Positions 18,010 through 28,027 of a DNA stretch of 64,000 nucleotides are shown piece after piece. Position 1 is the stretch's first letter, and each line of letters begins with the position of its first letter. Position numbers and translations under genes: made by a program. A model generated the notes under the pieces. It ran no database searches and was not told the origin of the DNA. It saw only the letters and a program-made list of their open reading frames with translations. This DNA is from Candidatus Omnitrophota bacterium. GTDB taxonomy: Bacteria; Omnitrophota; Gorgyraeia; JACQQV01. Where the stretch lies: contig JACQQV010000010.1 in the NCBI GenBank assembly GCA_016206785.1, forward strand, positions 302 through 64,301, read 5' to 3'.

Positions 18010-18986
18010 TGGACACCTCCCCGGGCGTTGCACTGCCGAACAACCTCGACCAACCGAGACAGCTTCGGCGCAATGGAGGCATAAGGGAGAAACTCCAGAC
18101 CGCAATTGGGGCTCACATAAAGTTGAGGGGTTTTTTCAACCAGTTCCTGAATGAAGTCCTTAAGGATTTTCGGGTTTTCGAGTCTCGTGTTCCGCGCATC
18201 CACACACCCGGCTCCCAATGACTTAGAAATTTTCTTTTTTTTCTTAAGGAGATTCCGATTCCCTTCGCTACTCACAAAATCGAGTCCGATAAAATCCATG
18301 TCGGTGTCCAAAAAGGAATCAAAAATGCCTTCCAGATCTCCAAAATAGGTCCGGATTCCCTTCTTACTCTTTAAACCGGCCATCGCCTTTTGAAGGCCTT
18401 CGATCGCGAGGAGCGCTTTCTCCTTATGAAACACAAGGGCCGGTTCATCAAATTGGAGGATCGTCGCCCCTGCGGCTTCGAGCGCCTTGGCCTCCTGGTT
18501 CAAAATCTCCGCCAGGGTCAACACAAGGGTCCTTTCATTATGGTAAAAGGTATCCTCGGAGAGGGCTGCAAACGTGAAGGGACCTGGGAGGACCGCCTTT
18601 AGGATGTGGGTTGCCTTGGACTTTGCAAAACGAAAATTCTCCACGGTGATTGGGGATTTCCAGAGGAGTTTGCCGACCACGACCGGTTGTCGATAGTAGA
18701 CATTGTTATTAAAGAAACGGGTGAGGCCGTTAATCTTAAACCCCTCGATCTTGGAAGCAAGAGGGGTCACAATATCTTCCCAGAGAAGCTGGCCGTCCGT
18801 AATGATATCGATCCCGAGCGCTTCCTGCTCGCGGATCACCCGCACCGTGTTCTCCTGAAACACCTTCTCAAGGTCCGCATCGATGAGTCTGCCCTCATCG
18901 TGTTGGTGAATAGCCTGTCGGATACTGGGAAGTGACGCGTTTTCTGTAATTTTTGGGTAATTCCCGATCACGGTTGTGAGAATCAT
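18006..18986 (-). CDS. Split MetE, non-catalytic (N-terminal-like) subunit
   Basis: GNYPK, ITDGQLLWED, TRFFNNNVYYRQP. TYFG replaces the HxC zinc motif. Confidence 0.8.
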   Translation of the reverse strand: MILTTVIGNYPKITENASLPSIRQAIHQHDEGRLIDADLEKVFQENTVRVIREQEALGIDIITDGQLLWEDIVTPLASKIEGFKINGLTRFFNNNVYYRQPVVVGKLLWKSPITVENFRFAKSKATHILKAVLPGPFTFAALSEDTFYHNERTLVLTLAEILNQEAKALEAAGATILQFDEPALVFHKEKALLAIEGLQKAMAGLKSKKGIRTYFGDLEGIFDSFLDTDMDFIGLDFVSSEGNRNLLKKKKKISKSLGAGCVDARNTRLENPKILKDFIQELVEKTPQLYVSPNCGLEFLPYASIAPKLSRLVEVVRQCNARGGVQ

Positions 18987-19222
18987 GCCTTGTCTCCGTC
19001 TTCACCAATCGCCTCCACCGGACACCCTTGCATCGCTACAACACACTGCTTCTCTTCTCCAGGTGTGGTGGGCTGTTTCACTACGTAGGAATAACCCTTC
19101 TCGGCATTCCGCGCAAAATTATCGGGTGCTGTCTGACGGCAAAGGTCGCAGTCGATACACTGATCATCCACATAAAATTTTCCCTGAGGATTCTCCGGAT
19201 ACCGCTGGGCTTTGTTCGCCAT
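18983..19222 (-). CDS. 4Fe-4S single-cluster ferredoxin
   Basis: CIDCDLC...CPVEAIG. Confidence 0.9.
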   Translation of the reverse strand: MANKAQRYPENPQGKFYVDDQCIDCDLCRQTAPDNFARNAEKGYSYVVKQPTTPGEEKQCVVAMQGCPVEAIGEDGDKA

Positions 19223-19298
19223 CCCCTTCTTCCTCATCGCAAAAAGGGTTAATTTTTAATTATAACAATTTCCGGATCCTTTTTCAAGCGAAGGTGTT

Positions 19299-19628
19299 CT
19301 AAACGGTGAAGGAGGATCCGCAACCACAAGAACCTTTGGCATTGGGGTTCTGAATCTGAAAGCCAGAACCGTGTAGGCCATCCCCTACGACATAGTCGAC
19401 GATGGACCCTTGGAGATATGTCCCGCTCTGGGGATCCACAAGGACCTTGAATCCCTCATAAGGGACTTCGGTATCTCCCTCGTGGCGCTCGTCAAAGGTG
19501 AATCCGTAGGACATGCCGGAACAGCCGCCCCCCTCCACTAAGACCCGGAGGGCCTTTCCCTCGAGAGATTTGTCCTGCGTGATGATTTCCCGAACCCGTT
19601 TCTGTGCATTGTCTGTGAGTGTGAGCAC
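19299..19628 (-). CDS. erpA: A-type Fe-S carrier (ErpA/IscA family)
   Basis: GGCSGMSY and CGCGSSF motifs. Confidence 0.85.
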   Translation of the reverse strand: MLTLTDNAQKRVREIITQDKSLEGKALRVLVEGGGCSGMSYGFTFDERHEGDTEVPYEGFKVLVDPQSGTYLQGSIVDYVVGDGLHGSGFQIQNPNAKGSCGCGSSFTV

Positions 19629-19643
19629 GTCTCCCTCCTTATG

Positions 19644-20213
19644 TTACCCAATCATCGTGTTCTGTGTGATGGCCTGTTTGTCTTTCTCCTTCAAGAACTC
19701 CGAATCCTCCCGCCATCCGCGCTTGCGCAGTTTCCAGATGGCGAGGATCCTTTCCATGGGCTTCAAATAATCGATAAGAAGAATGCCGTTTAAATGATCC
19801 GTCTCGTGCTGGATAATCCGCGCAAAGAATCCTTTCGCATCAAATTCAAGGGTTTCCCCCTCCAGGCTCCTCCCTTGAACATGGATCTTCTGGGAGCGCT
19901 TCACCTCCACCTCAATGCCGGGGAGGCTTAAGCACCCTTCTCTCCCCACTTCCTCCCCCTCTCGATCCGAAATTTCCGGGTTGATGAGAACCATCGGTCG
20001 AATCGCAGGATCGACACTCGTTCCATCCAGTACAAGGATCCTCTTGGAGATCCCGACCTGTGGCGCGGCAAGTCCCACTCCCCCCTCCGCATACATCGCC
20101 TGGAGCATCTCTTGACCGAGTCGGCGAATCTCGTCGGTAATCTCCTCAATAGGAGCCGCCTTCTGACGCAAAACTTTCGCACCATAGGTGACCAGTTCCA
20201 ACTTTCGTGCCAT
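19644..20213 (-). CDS. def: Peptide deformylase
   Basis: GVGLAAPQVG, EGCLS and QHETDHLNG motifs. The start is uncertain (20213-20249). Confidence 0.95.
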   Translation of the reverse strand: MARKLELVTYGAKVLRQKAAPIEEITDEIRRLGQEMLQAMYAEGGVGLAAPQVGISKRILVLDGTSVDPAIRPMVLINPEISDREGEEVGREGCLSLPGIEVEVKRSQKIHVQGRSLEGETLEFDAKGFFARIIQHETDHLNGILLIDYLKPMERILAIWKLRKRGWREDSEFLKEKDKQAITQNTMIG

Positions 20214-20229
20214 TCCTTTCTCCATCCCA

Positions 20230-21021
20230 TTAGAGCGCATAGCGCCCACTCACTTTTCTTTGTTCGTACACAAGAGCCTCTGTATAACCGGTCTTCCGGG
20301 CAAACAAAAGAGCCTGATCAAAATCTTGGCCCACCTCTTTAGGCTCATGCGCGTCCGATCCGAAGACGATCGGCACCCCCTGGGTGTAGTATGCCTCCAA
20401 AAGAATCGCGGAAGGATAGATCTCGCCCACCGGTTTGCGAAGCCCTGAGGTGTTGATCTCTACACTCACCCCCGCCTCCTTGAAGCACCGGGCAGTGGCC
20501 TCGATTTCCTGTTCAAGTGCAACGCTGGGCCGATGGCCAAATTTCTTCACAAGGTCTGTATGACCGATAATATCAAAAAAAGAGAGCGTTGCCGATTGGC
20601 GCAAGAGTTTAAAATATTTCCGATAGACCCCGTCTACGTCTTTTCCCTTCCAGCCCTCTTTCTGCTCGGAAATGTCAAACCCCCACCCGTCGATAAAATG
20701 GACGGAGCCGACGACATAATCAAAAGGGTGGGCCTTGATCAATTTCTCCGTTTCCTTTTCAAGATCCGGAAAATAATCCGCTTCGATCCCGAGCTTAATC
20801 CGGATCTTCGGATACTGTTTGCGAAGTCGTTCCACTTCCTCTACATAGTCGGGGAGTTCTTCCAGTGCCATCGTATATCCCGAATCCCTCTTATGGGGAA
20901 AGGGGAGGTGGTCGCTGAATCCTATCTCCGAAAGGCCAACGGAGAGTGCTCGCTCCACATATTCGGTCATCTCCCCCACCGCATGTCCACACCGTTTGGT
21001 ATGAATATGATAATCAATCAT
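20230..21021 (-). CDS. PHP-family histidinol-phosphatase (HisJ)
   Basis: DYHIHT..CGHA, SDH, GSVH and GSDAH motifs. Confidence 0.85.
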   Translation of the reverse strand: MIDYHIHTKRCGHAVGEMTEYVERALSVGLSEIGFSDHLPFPHKRDSGYTMALEELPDYVEEVERLRKQYPKIRIKLGIEADYFPDLEKETEKLIKAHPFDYVVGSVHFIDGWGFDISEQKEGWKGKDVDGVYRKYFKLLRQSATLSFFDIIGHTDLVKKFGHRPSVALEQEIEATARCFKEAGVSVEINTSGLRKPVGEIYPSAILLEAYYTQGVPIVFGSDAHEPKEVGQDFDQALLFARKTGYTEALVYEQRKVSGRYAL

Positions 21022-21349
21022 TTTTTGGAAGAAGATCACTTTCGCTTACGATATTCACATTGTGGAGAGGAACCTCAACCACGACATCCCCACGAATTTT
21101 GCATTGGCATCCCAACCGGGACTGAAGGGTGATGCCGGTGGCGGTATCCATCCGGTCCGCCTCATCATCCTGCATTTCGGTAAGGTTCTGCATCCCCTCG
21201 CGGATGTAGACGTGGCATGTGGTGCAAGCGCAGTTTCCGCCACAGGCGTGCTCGAGGTGCACGTGGTTCTCCAAGGCCGCCTCCAAAATGGTCTTGCCCG
21301 CTGCCACCTCAAATTCCTTATTAAGAGGCAGGAATTTTATTTTTGGCAA
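21014..21349 (-). CDS. fdx: ISC 2Fe-2S ferredoxin
   Basis: HACGGNCACTTCH...SRLGCQ. Confidence 0.92.
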   Translation of the reverse strand: MPKIKFLPLNKEFEVAAGKTILEAALENHVHLEHACGGNCACTTCHVYIREGMQNLTEMQDDEADRMDTATGITLQSRLGCQCKIRGDVVVEVPLHNVNIVSESDLLPKND

Positions 21350-23177
21350 AGTCTCTGAGTACCTCCTTCACAGGACGTCCCTGAAGTTTTGCCGCAACGG
21401 CACGATTCATGAGCGAGAGGGCAAGGGGTCTCGCGTTTTCCTCGAGCGCTTCGATGGCTCTTAAAATAGCAAAGTGGTCCTCTGTCTTAACAATCGTTTT
21501 AAGACAAACGAGAGACGCTTCAATCGAACGACGTTCTTCTTCAGAAATGAGACTGTCTCCTTCTTTTAAGGCCTTTTCCGTTCCCCGACTCACCACCTCC
21601 GCTTCGTTCCGTGCCTCGATGAGTTGGCGGGCGCGGATATCCCCTTCGGCATATTCATATGATTCTTTCACCAGCCGGTCGACCTCGGAGTCGGTGAGGC
21701 CGTAAGAGGGTTTGACCTGGATCGAGACCTCTTTGCCGCGATGTTGCTCCTGGGCGGATACCTTCAGGATCCCATTGGCATCCACCATAAACTCCACTTC
21801 GATCCGGGGAAGTCCTGCCGGCATCGGTTCGACCTTGATGTCGAATTGGGCAAGACTCCGGTTATCTTTCACGAGCTCCCGTTCCCCTTGAAAAACCCGG
21901 ATCGCTACCGACGTTTGCCCATCGACAAAAGTGGTAAACGACTCCTTTACGGAACAAGGCACTTTTGAATTCCGCTCAATGATTTTGGACATGACGCCGC
22001 CGTAGGTTTCGATCCCGAGCGAAAGAGGAATCACATCCAGAAGGAGCATATCCTGAATGCCTCCGGAAAGGATCTCTCCTTGAACGGCCGCACCCATGGC
22101 CACCACCTCATCCGGATTGAGATCGCAGTGCGGCTCCTTCCCAAAAAAGTGCTTTACACTCTCCAGGACCAAAGGGATCCGTGTGGATCCGCCGACGAGA
22201 ATGACCTCATCAATCTTTTCTCTTGTCAGGCGCGCATCTTTTAAAGAGCGCTCACAGAGGGTAAGGGTGGACGCAACCAGATCCTGAATTAAAAGTTCAA
22301 AATCTTGACGGGTCCATTCCTCCTCGATCCGACGCGATGTCCCTTCCATAGGAATCGAAAGGAGTGCTTTCCCCTTTGCCGAAAGGGTGCACTTTATTTT
22401 CTCCGCCGCGACCCGGGCGATTTCGCGCTGCTGGGGTGTCACTGTCTTTAATGCCCCCCTGTCGAGGCCCCTCTGAAGGGCCGCCTCCGCCATCCGATAG
22501 TCAAAATCGTCTCCACCGAGGGTCGTATTTCCTGCTGTTGCGAGAACCTCAAAAAGTCCGTCCTGCACTTTTAAAATAGAAATGTCGAATGTCCCTCCAC
22601 CGAGATCGTAGACGGCAATGAATCCGCGATTTTTATTCTGCATCCCATAGGCAAGACTTGCGGCCGTCGGTTCATTGATAATCCGGATAACCTCAAGTCC
22701 CGCGATCTTTCCCGCATCTTTGGTGGCTTGCCTTTGGCTGTCGTTAAAATAGGCGGGTACCGTAATCACAACCTGTTCAACCGTCTCTTTGAGATGCATT
22801 TCTGCCTGAACTTTGAGTTCCCGAAGGATAAGGGCCGAAAGTTCTGGAGGGGTATACTCCTTTTTTCCGACAGAAAAGCGAATGACGCCCCCACTGGAAG
22901 GGGCTGTTCGATAGGAAACCTGTTTCAGGGCTTGAGAAACCTCTTCCGTGCCCCGTCCCATGAATCGCTTCACCGAATAGACCGTCTGAGCCGCATGGGT
23001 CACCCGCCTCGCCTTTCCCTTTTCTCCGACGATTGGGCGACCCTCTTCGTCAAAAGAGACGACCGACGGGAGAAGGGTTCTCCTCTCGGCATTCGGAATG
23101 CAGACCGGTTTCCCATCCTTCATCATGGCGATGAGGCTAAAGGTCGTGCCTAAATCAATTCCCAGAATCTTGCTCAT
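21321..23177 (-). CDS. hscA: Fe-S chaperone HscA
   Basis: Hsp70 motifs GIDLGTT, TVPAYF and DLGGGTFD; VKPSYGLTD; isc context. Confidence 0.9.
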   Translation of the reverse strand: MSKILGIDLGTTFSLIAMMKDGKPVCIPNAERRTLLPSVVSFDEEGRPIVGEKGKARRVTHAAQTVYSVKRFMGRGTEEVSQALKQVSYRTAPSSGGVIRFSVGKKEYTPPELSALILRELKVQAEMHLKETVEQVVITVPAYFNDSQRQATKDAGKIAGLEVIRIINEPTAASLAYGMQNKNRGFIAVYDLGGGTFDISILKVQDGLFEVLATAGNTTLGGDDFDYRMAEAALQRGLDRGALKTVTPQQREIARVAAEKIKCTLSAKGKALLSIPMEGTSRRIEEEWTRQDFELLIQDLVASTLTLCERSLKDARLTREKIDEVILVGGSTRIPLVLESVKHFFGKEPHCDLNPDEVVAMGAAVQGEILSGGIQDMLLLDVIPLSLGIETYGGVMSKIIERNSKVPCSVKESFTTFVDGQTSVAIRVFQGERELVKDNRSLAQFDIKVEPMPAGLPRIEVEFMVDANGILKVSAQEQHRGKEVSIQVKPSYGLTDSEVDRLVKESYEYAEGDIRARQLIEARNEAEVVSRGTEKALKEGDSLISEEERRSIEASLVCLKTIVKTEDHFAILRAIEALEENARPLALSLMNRAVAAKLQGRPVKEVLRDFAKNKIPAS

Positions 23178-23207
23178 TGATTCCCTTTGTCGTCATGTTT
23201 GGCTAAC

Positions 23208-23534
23208 TTACGCACTAAATGACACGCCACAGCCGCAACTTTTCTTCGCGTTCGGATTATTAAACTGAAACCCGGATCCCATGAGGCTTGTGGTATAGTC
23301 GAGGAGGGTCCCGTTAAGGTACAGGTAACTTTTCATGTCGACGACGACTTTGATGCCGTTTGTCTCAAAGACCTTATCGGTTTCCTTCGGAGGATTCTCT
23401 TCAAAGGCAAGGTGGTAGGTGAGACCTGAGCAGCCTCCACCTTTTACAGCCATGCGGACCGCAAGACTTGGCTTATGCTCTTTCTCGAGGAGCTGCTTGA
23501 GTTCTTGAACAGCCTTTTCCGTCACGATGATCAT
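23208..23534 (-). CDS. iscA: IscA
   Basis: GGCSGLTY and CGCGVSF motifs. The true start is ATG 23534. Confidence 0.9.
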   Translation of the reverse strand: MIIVTEKAVQELKQLLEKEHKPSLAVRMAVKGGGCSGLTYHLAFEENPPKETDKVFETNGIKVVVDMKSYLYLNGTLLDYTTSLMGSGFQFNNPNAKKSCGCGVSFSA

Positions 23535-23536
23535 GA

Positions 23537-23923
23537 TCAGACCCCCGCCACCTTTTTCTTCCGATAATCCTCGACGGCTGCTTTGATCGCATCCTCCGCC
23601 AAAACCGAACAGTGAATCTTGACCGGTGGAAGCGACAACTCCTTCACAATCTCGGTATTCTTGATCTGGAACGCCTCGTTGATCGTCCTCCCCTTCATCC
23701 ACTCGGTGGCAAGGCTCGAAGAGGCGATCGCACTTCCGCACCCAAAGGTCTTGAAGCGCGCATCGACGATCACGTCGTTTTCCACCTTGATTTGAAGTTT
23801 CATCACGTCTCCACACTCCGGAGCACCCACGATCCCTGTTCCGACATTTTTTTCATTCTTCTCGAAACTGCCGATGTTGCGCGGATGGTTGAAGTGATCA
23901 AGCACTTTCTGTGAGTACGACAT
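23537..23923 (-). CDS. iscU: IscU scaffold
   Basis: GAPECGDVM, FGCGSAIASSS and LPPVKIHCS motifs. Confidence 0.97.
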   Translation of the reverse strand: MSYSQKVLDHFNHPRNIGSFEKNEKNVGTGIVGAPECGDVMKLQIKVENDVIVDARFKTFGCGSAIASSSLATEWMKGRTINEAFQIKNTEIVKELSLPPVKIHCSVLAEDAIKAAVEDYRKKKVAGV

Positions 23924-23935
23924 AGAACCCCTCCT

Positions 23936-25150
23936 TTACTCCCGCTTCCATGTAACGTTCTTTAAATCGATGCCTTCTTTCGCCATATCATAAAGAGGTG
24001 ACATCTCCCGAAGTCTTGTAATGGTTTGAACCACTCTCTTGGCGGTGAAATCAATCTCTTCCTCCGTGTTAAAACGACCAAAACTAAAACGGATTGAGGT
24101 ATGGGCCAGCTCCACCCCAGCCCCCAATGCGATGAGCACATAGGAAGGCTCAAGGGTCGCGGTGGTGCAGGCGGACCCTGAAGAAACGGCAATGTCATTA
24201 ATCCCCATGAGAATCGACTCCCCTTCCACAAACTCAAGACTCATATTGAGAATATTCGGGAGTCTCTGCGTCGGATGTCCGTTCAAATGAACATAGTCCA
24301 AAGAGGATTCAATCGCTGTGCGAAGCTTTTCATTCAACTTCCAGAGTCTTTCCCGCTCCGTCTCCATCTCCGCAAGGGCAAGTTCACACGCCTTTCCAAA
24401 TCCGACAATCGCTGGAACATTGAGGGTGCCGGACCGCATCCCCCGTTCCGCCCCTCCGCCGTCTAAGATCGGGGCAAGACGGACCCTTGGATTTTTCTTC
24501 CGGACATAGAGGGCACCGATCCCCTTAGGTCCATAAATCTTATGGGCGGAAAGGGCCAAAAGATCGATCCCCATCGCCTCCACGTCAATAGGGATATATC
24601 CTTGTGATGCTGCCGCGTCACAGAAATAGAGGATTCCCCTTTCTTTTGCAATCTTCCCAATCTCGGTGACCGGATGAATCGTTCCGATTTCATGATTGCC
24701 ATACATGAGCGCAATTAAAATGGTCTTATCCGTGATCTCTCTCTTGAGCGCTTCGAGATCGGCAAGACCCGTTTTGTCCACCGGGAGGTAGGTCACGCGG
24801 AAGCCGCTCCGTTCCAGCCGGCGGGTGGTATCGATGACCGCCCGGTGTTCCGTTGCTCCGACGATAAGGTGATCCCCTTTTTCCCGATAGATCTCACAGA
24901 TCCCTTTAAGGGCGAGGTTGCACGATTCGGTTCCGCCGGAGGTAAAGACGATTTCTTTGGGATCGCAGTGGATCAGTTGTGAAATCCGCGTCCGTGATTC
25001 ATCCACTTTGCTCTCCGCCTTCCATCCATACGGATGGTTCCGACTGGCAGCGTTTCCATATTCCTCGGAAAAATAAGGAAGCATCTCCTCCAAAACCCGT
25101 GGATCGACACGGGTCGTCGACATGTTGTCCAAAAAAATTGGAAATTTCAT
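23936..25150 (-). CDS. iscS: Cysteine desulfurase IscS
   Basis: SAHKIYGPKG, SSGSACT and the SPLYDM C-terminus. Confidence 0.95.
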   Translation of the reverse strand: MKFPIFLDNMSTTRVDPRVLEEMLPYFSEEYGNAASRNHPYGWKAESKVDESRTRISQLIHCDPKEIVFTSGGTESCNLALKGICEIYREKGDHLIVGATEHRAVIDTTRRLERSGFRVTYLPVDKTGLADLEALKREITDKTILIALMYGNHEIGTIHPVTEIGKIAKERGILYFCDAAASQGYIPIDVEAMGIDLLALSAHKIYGPKGIGALYVRKKNPRVRLAPILDGGGAERGMRSGTLNVPAIVGFGKACELALAEMETERERLWKLNEKLRTAIESSLDYVHLNGHPTQRLPNILNMSLEFVEGESILMGINDIAVSSGSACTTATLEPSYVLIALGAGVELAHTSIRFSFGRFNTEEEIDFTAKRVVQTITRLREMSPLYDMAKEGIDLKNVTWKRE

Positions 25151-26325
25151 CTCACACTCCTCACTTCTTGGGGTATAGGAGTTCTGTTCAACTTCCGGAG
25201 TCTCTCAACGACTTTCGGAAAAATATCAAGGACAACCGAAATCTCCTCCTCCCGGTTCCCGATGCCCAACGTCAAAACAACTGTGCCTCGCGCAAGAAGT
25301 TCCGGGACCCCCATGGCCTGAAGGACATGGGAACTCTTCATCGCCTTTGAATTACAGGCAGAGCCGCTGGCGACAGAAATTCCTTCCATATCGAGCGAAA
25401 GAAGAAGCGGTTCACTTTCGACATGGGCAACCGAAATACTCACATGCCCCGGCAGACGCTGCGTGGGATGACCGTTCAAATAAACCTCCTCGACGGAAAT
25501 AAGTCCTTCCATCAGCCGATTCCGCAATTTTAAAAGAGAGGTCGTCCGCTCCTCCATGTGAGAGAGGGCCAGTTCCGCTGCCTTTCCCATCCCCACAATC
25601 GCAGGAAGATTTTCCGTGCCGGAGCGCCGACCCTCCTCCTGGCCGCCTCCGTCGAAGAAAGGGAGCATCTTTGTTCCCTTTCGGACATAAAGGGCCGCTG
25701 CACCGACCGGCCCATAAAATTGATTGGCCGTAAGGGTGAGTGCAGCAACACCTAATTCCGAAACATTCGTCGGAATCGTGCCGCAGGAACTCACAGCATC
25801 CGTATGAAAAAGAATTCCATGCTCCTGAGCCACTTGAGCAATCTCCCGAATCGACTGAAGAGTGCCGACTTCACCATTTGCATGCATGATTGAAATGAGC
25901 ACTGTATCGGGTGCGATCGCCTCACGGACTTTTTGAGGATCCACCCAACCGGCCTGATCTACGGGCACACGTGTCACCCGATACCCCTGCCGTTCCAGAC
26001 GCCGGGCCGCATGCAGAATAGAAAAATGTTCGATGCTCGAAACAACAATATGTCTTCCCTTTTTCTCATGCGCGGCTGCGAGACCTTTCATGGCAAAGTT
26101 ATTCGCTTCCGTCCCGCAGGAAGTAAAAATGATTTCTTCCCCCCTGGCGCCGATGAGAGAGGCGGTCTTCTCCCTCGCCTCCTCGAGCGCCTTCGCATTC
26201 TTCCGTCCCCCACGATGCAGACTCGACGGATTGGCGAATTCTCCGTGGAGGTAGGGCGCCATCGCCTCCCGGACTTCCGGGAGAAGCGGGGTATTGGATG
26301 TATGGTCTAAATAGATCTGTTCCAT
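25147..26325 (-). CDS. Second cysteine desulfurase-family protein
   Basis: FTSCGTEANN and ASGSAC motifs. The PLP-lysine position reads TANQFYGP instead of SAHK. Confidence 0.85.
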   Translation of the reverse strand: MEQIYLDHTSNTPLLPEVREAMAPYLHGEFANPSSLHRGGRKNAKALEEAREKTASLIGARGEEIIFTSCGTEANNFAMKGLAAAHEKKGRHIVVSSIEHFSILHAARRLERQGYRVTRVPVDQAGWVDPQKVREAIAPDTVLISIMHANGEVGTLQSIREIAQVAQEHGILFHTDAVSSCGTIPTNVSELGVAALTLTANQFYGPVGAAALYVRKGTKMLPFFDGGGQEEGRRSGTENLPAIVGMGKAAELALSHMEERTTSLLKLRNRLMEGLISVEEVYLNGHPTQRLPGHVSISVAHVESEPLLLSLDMEGISVASGSACNSKAMKSSHVLQAMGVPELLARGTVVLTLGIGNREEEISVVLDIFPKVVERLRKLNRTPIPQEVRSVR

Positions 26326-26332
26326 GATCTCC

Positions 26333-26821
26333 TCAAATGTGTGGTGTAAGCGGAATCACTTTCCGACCCGCCATCGCGGTAAGCCGTTCCTTCACCCTGT
26401 CTTCCTCTTGGATCAAGAGTTCCAAGTTCGCTTCCGTCAGGAGTTCGTTCACCTTCTTGTAGATATTGACCCAGAGCGCCCGGAGGCCACAGTCGTGGAG
26501 GTCGAGATACATACACCGTTTCTCCCCCTCCATAAAGCGGATGCAGGCGACTTCAAAAACGCCCCCTTCAAGGGTCCAGACAATCTGCCGTGCCGTAATC
26601 TCTCGCGGTGGTTTGGCAAGGACAAACCCGCCTTTCGCACCTCGACGACTTTCAATCAAGCCCGCCCGGAGAAGCTTCCACAAGAGTTTCTGAACATAAT
26701 CCTCTGGAAGATGCTCAATTTGCGCGATCTCATGGGTGGTCGTCGGTTCGCCATTGTCATAATTACGGGCAAGCCGCATGGCGATCCGCAACCCATACTC
26801 GCCTTTGTTGGTAATCCTCAT
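26333..26821 (-). CDS. Rrf2-family regulator (IscR-like)
   Basis: YGLR, SRRGAKGGF and three C-terminal Cys; first gene of the isc operon. Confidence 0.88.
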   Translation of the reverse strand: MRITNKGEYGLRIAMRLARNYDNGEPTTTHEIAQIEHLPEDYVQKLLWKLLRAGLIESRRGAKGGFVLAKPPREITARQIVWTLEGGVFEVACIRFMEGEKRCMYLDLHDCGLRALWVNIYKKVNELLTEANLELLIQEEDRVKERLTAMAGRKVIPLTPHI

Positions 26822-26846
26822 CCCTATTCCTCCTAAGAGGTTCTGT

Positions 26847-26904
26847 AATCCAGACTAAAGTTATCTTCTTTATTAAGTGTACCATGCCAGGGTGATGCTG
26901 TCAA
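26847..26904 (-). promoter_or_regulatory. isc operon promoter and putative Rrf2 operator
   Basis: TTGACA(26899-26904)-17-TACACT(26876-26881). An imperfect dyad AATCCAGACTAAAGTTATCTTCTTTATT lies just downstream. Confidence 0.6.
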
Positions 26905-26974
26905 GTATTTCTGTCAGAAATAAGGAGGGAAGGTAAGGGAAGGTATATGACATAACCCATTTAAAATAAAAGGG

Positions 26975-28027
26975 TTACTCAGAAATATACTGAAGCAACA
27001 GCGCCTCAAGTTGGGCGAGGTGACCAATCTTACCGCTATAGATGGTGCGGAAGGCCTGTTCGAAATCACCGGTCTTCAGGAGAATTTCTGTGAATTCCCC
27101 AAAGGGACGGCGTCCATATTGCGTGATGAGAAACTCAATCAGTTTTTCAGACTCCGTATAGAAGAGTTTTTTCTGTTCCACGTCCGCCGGGTAAGAAGTG
27201 CGATGAACCAGTTCTGAGAGAGGGATATGATTTCCATTTCGGGCCGCCTCGAAAAGGAGATCTTCATCGATCCCGATAATGCCTCCTTCGTAATTGGCAA
27301 ATCCTTCGTTAAACCAGGGGGGGATCTGATTTCCCTGGGCCATTTCTTCGAGAAAGATATGGGTCAACTCATGAGGAAAGGCAACTTGTAAATAGGGGAT
27401 AGAAAGACCGTACAAAAAGATTTCCCTCGTCCTCGCCCCCATCGTAAAACCGCCGGTCAATTCAGGCTGGATGCCGAGACTCTTCAGGAAACGGAGCCAT
27501 TGGGACTCCTCGCGCACCACAAAAACTGTATATTTCTTCTTCCGGTCGTAGCCGCGGAGGCGGAGGTCACCCACAATTTTTTCCAAATAATACTCGGCCC
27601 TATCCGCCACCGCCTTTCCTTGAGTCAGATCTTGGTAGTAAACGACGAAATGCTGAGTCTTGCGCACCCACCATTTTCCCTCGGAAAGAATGAGTTGATT
27701 TTCAGTTGTCGGCGTAAGAGGAACTGTTGCGACACCTCGAAGGGGGGGTCTTGGAAGAACGGTTTGCGGGGGAGCCTGCGGTTTCTTATTCCACTCGGCA
27801 CGGAGGGTTTTCCGTTCTTCTTCGGAGGAATAAACGATACGATCGACTTCATTCCTTGAGAACGTCATTGTCGCGGATTGATCAAACTCAACGATCACCT
27901 TTTCTTCATCTTCTTCGACGACGATGCCATAGACAGGGTTTCCGTTTTTGAGGGTGACGGTATCGGCAGAAAGTGGAGAGACGAAAGCGAAGGAAAAGAT
28001 CAAAAAAGGAAGGAGAAATATTCTCAA
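26975..28027 (-). CDS. Secreted peptidase MA-like (gluzincin) protein
   Basis: Signal peptide, DTVTLKNG domain, HELTH...WFNEGFA. The probable TTG start is at the edge of the heptamer array. Confidence 0.75.
   Translation of the reverse strand: MRIFLLPFLIFSFAFVSPLSADTVTLKNGNPVYGIVVEEDEEKVIVEFDQSATMTFSRNEVDRIVYSSEEERKTLRAEWNKKPQAPPQTVLPRPPLRGVATVPLTPTTENQLILSEGKWWVRKTQHFVVYYQDLTQGKAVADRAEYYLEKIVGDLRLRGYDRKKKYTVFVVREESQWLRFLKSLGIQPELTGGFTMGARTREIFLYGLSIPYLQVAFPHELTHIFLEEMAQGNQIPPWFNEGFANYEGGIIGIDEDLLFEAARNGNHIPLSELVHRTSYPADVEQKKLFYTESEKLIEFLITQYGRRPFGEFTEILLKTGDFEQAFRTIYSGKIGHLAQLEALLLQYISE

Noticed and set aside
16942-18084. 380-aa plus-strand ORF, and similar long ORFs at 57732-58829, 44053-44862, 13366-14097 and 33663-34433
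   Set aside because: These are antisense shadows of well-supported minus-strand genes and show no recognisable motifs.
17038-18986. Frameshifted metE pseudogene
   Set aside because: Each half begins with its own barrel-start motif (TTVIGNYPK, TTSVGSFPK) and they are joined by a GTGA overlap, consistent with two real genes.
23535-23816. N-terminal extension of IscA given in the ORF track (202 aa)
   Set aside because: It overlaps iscU in another frame; the real start is ATG 23534.
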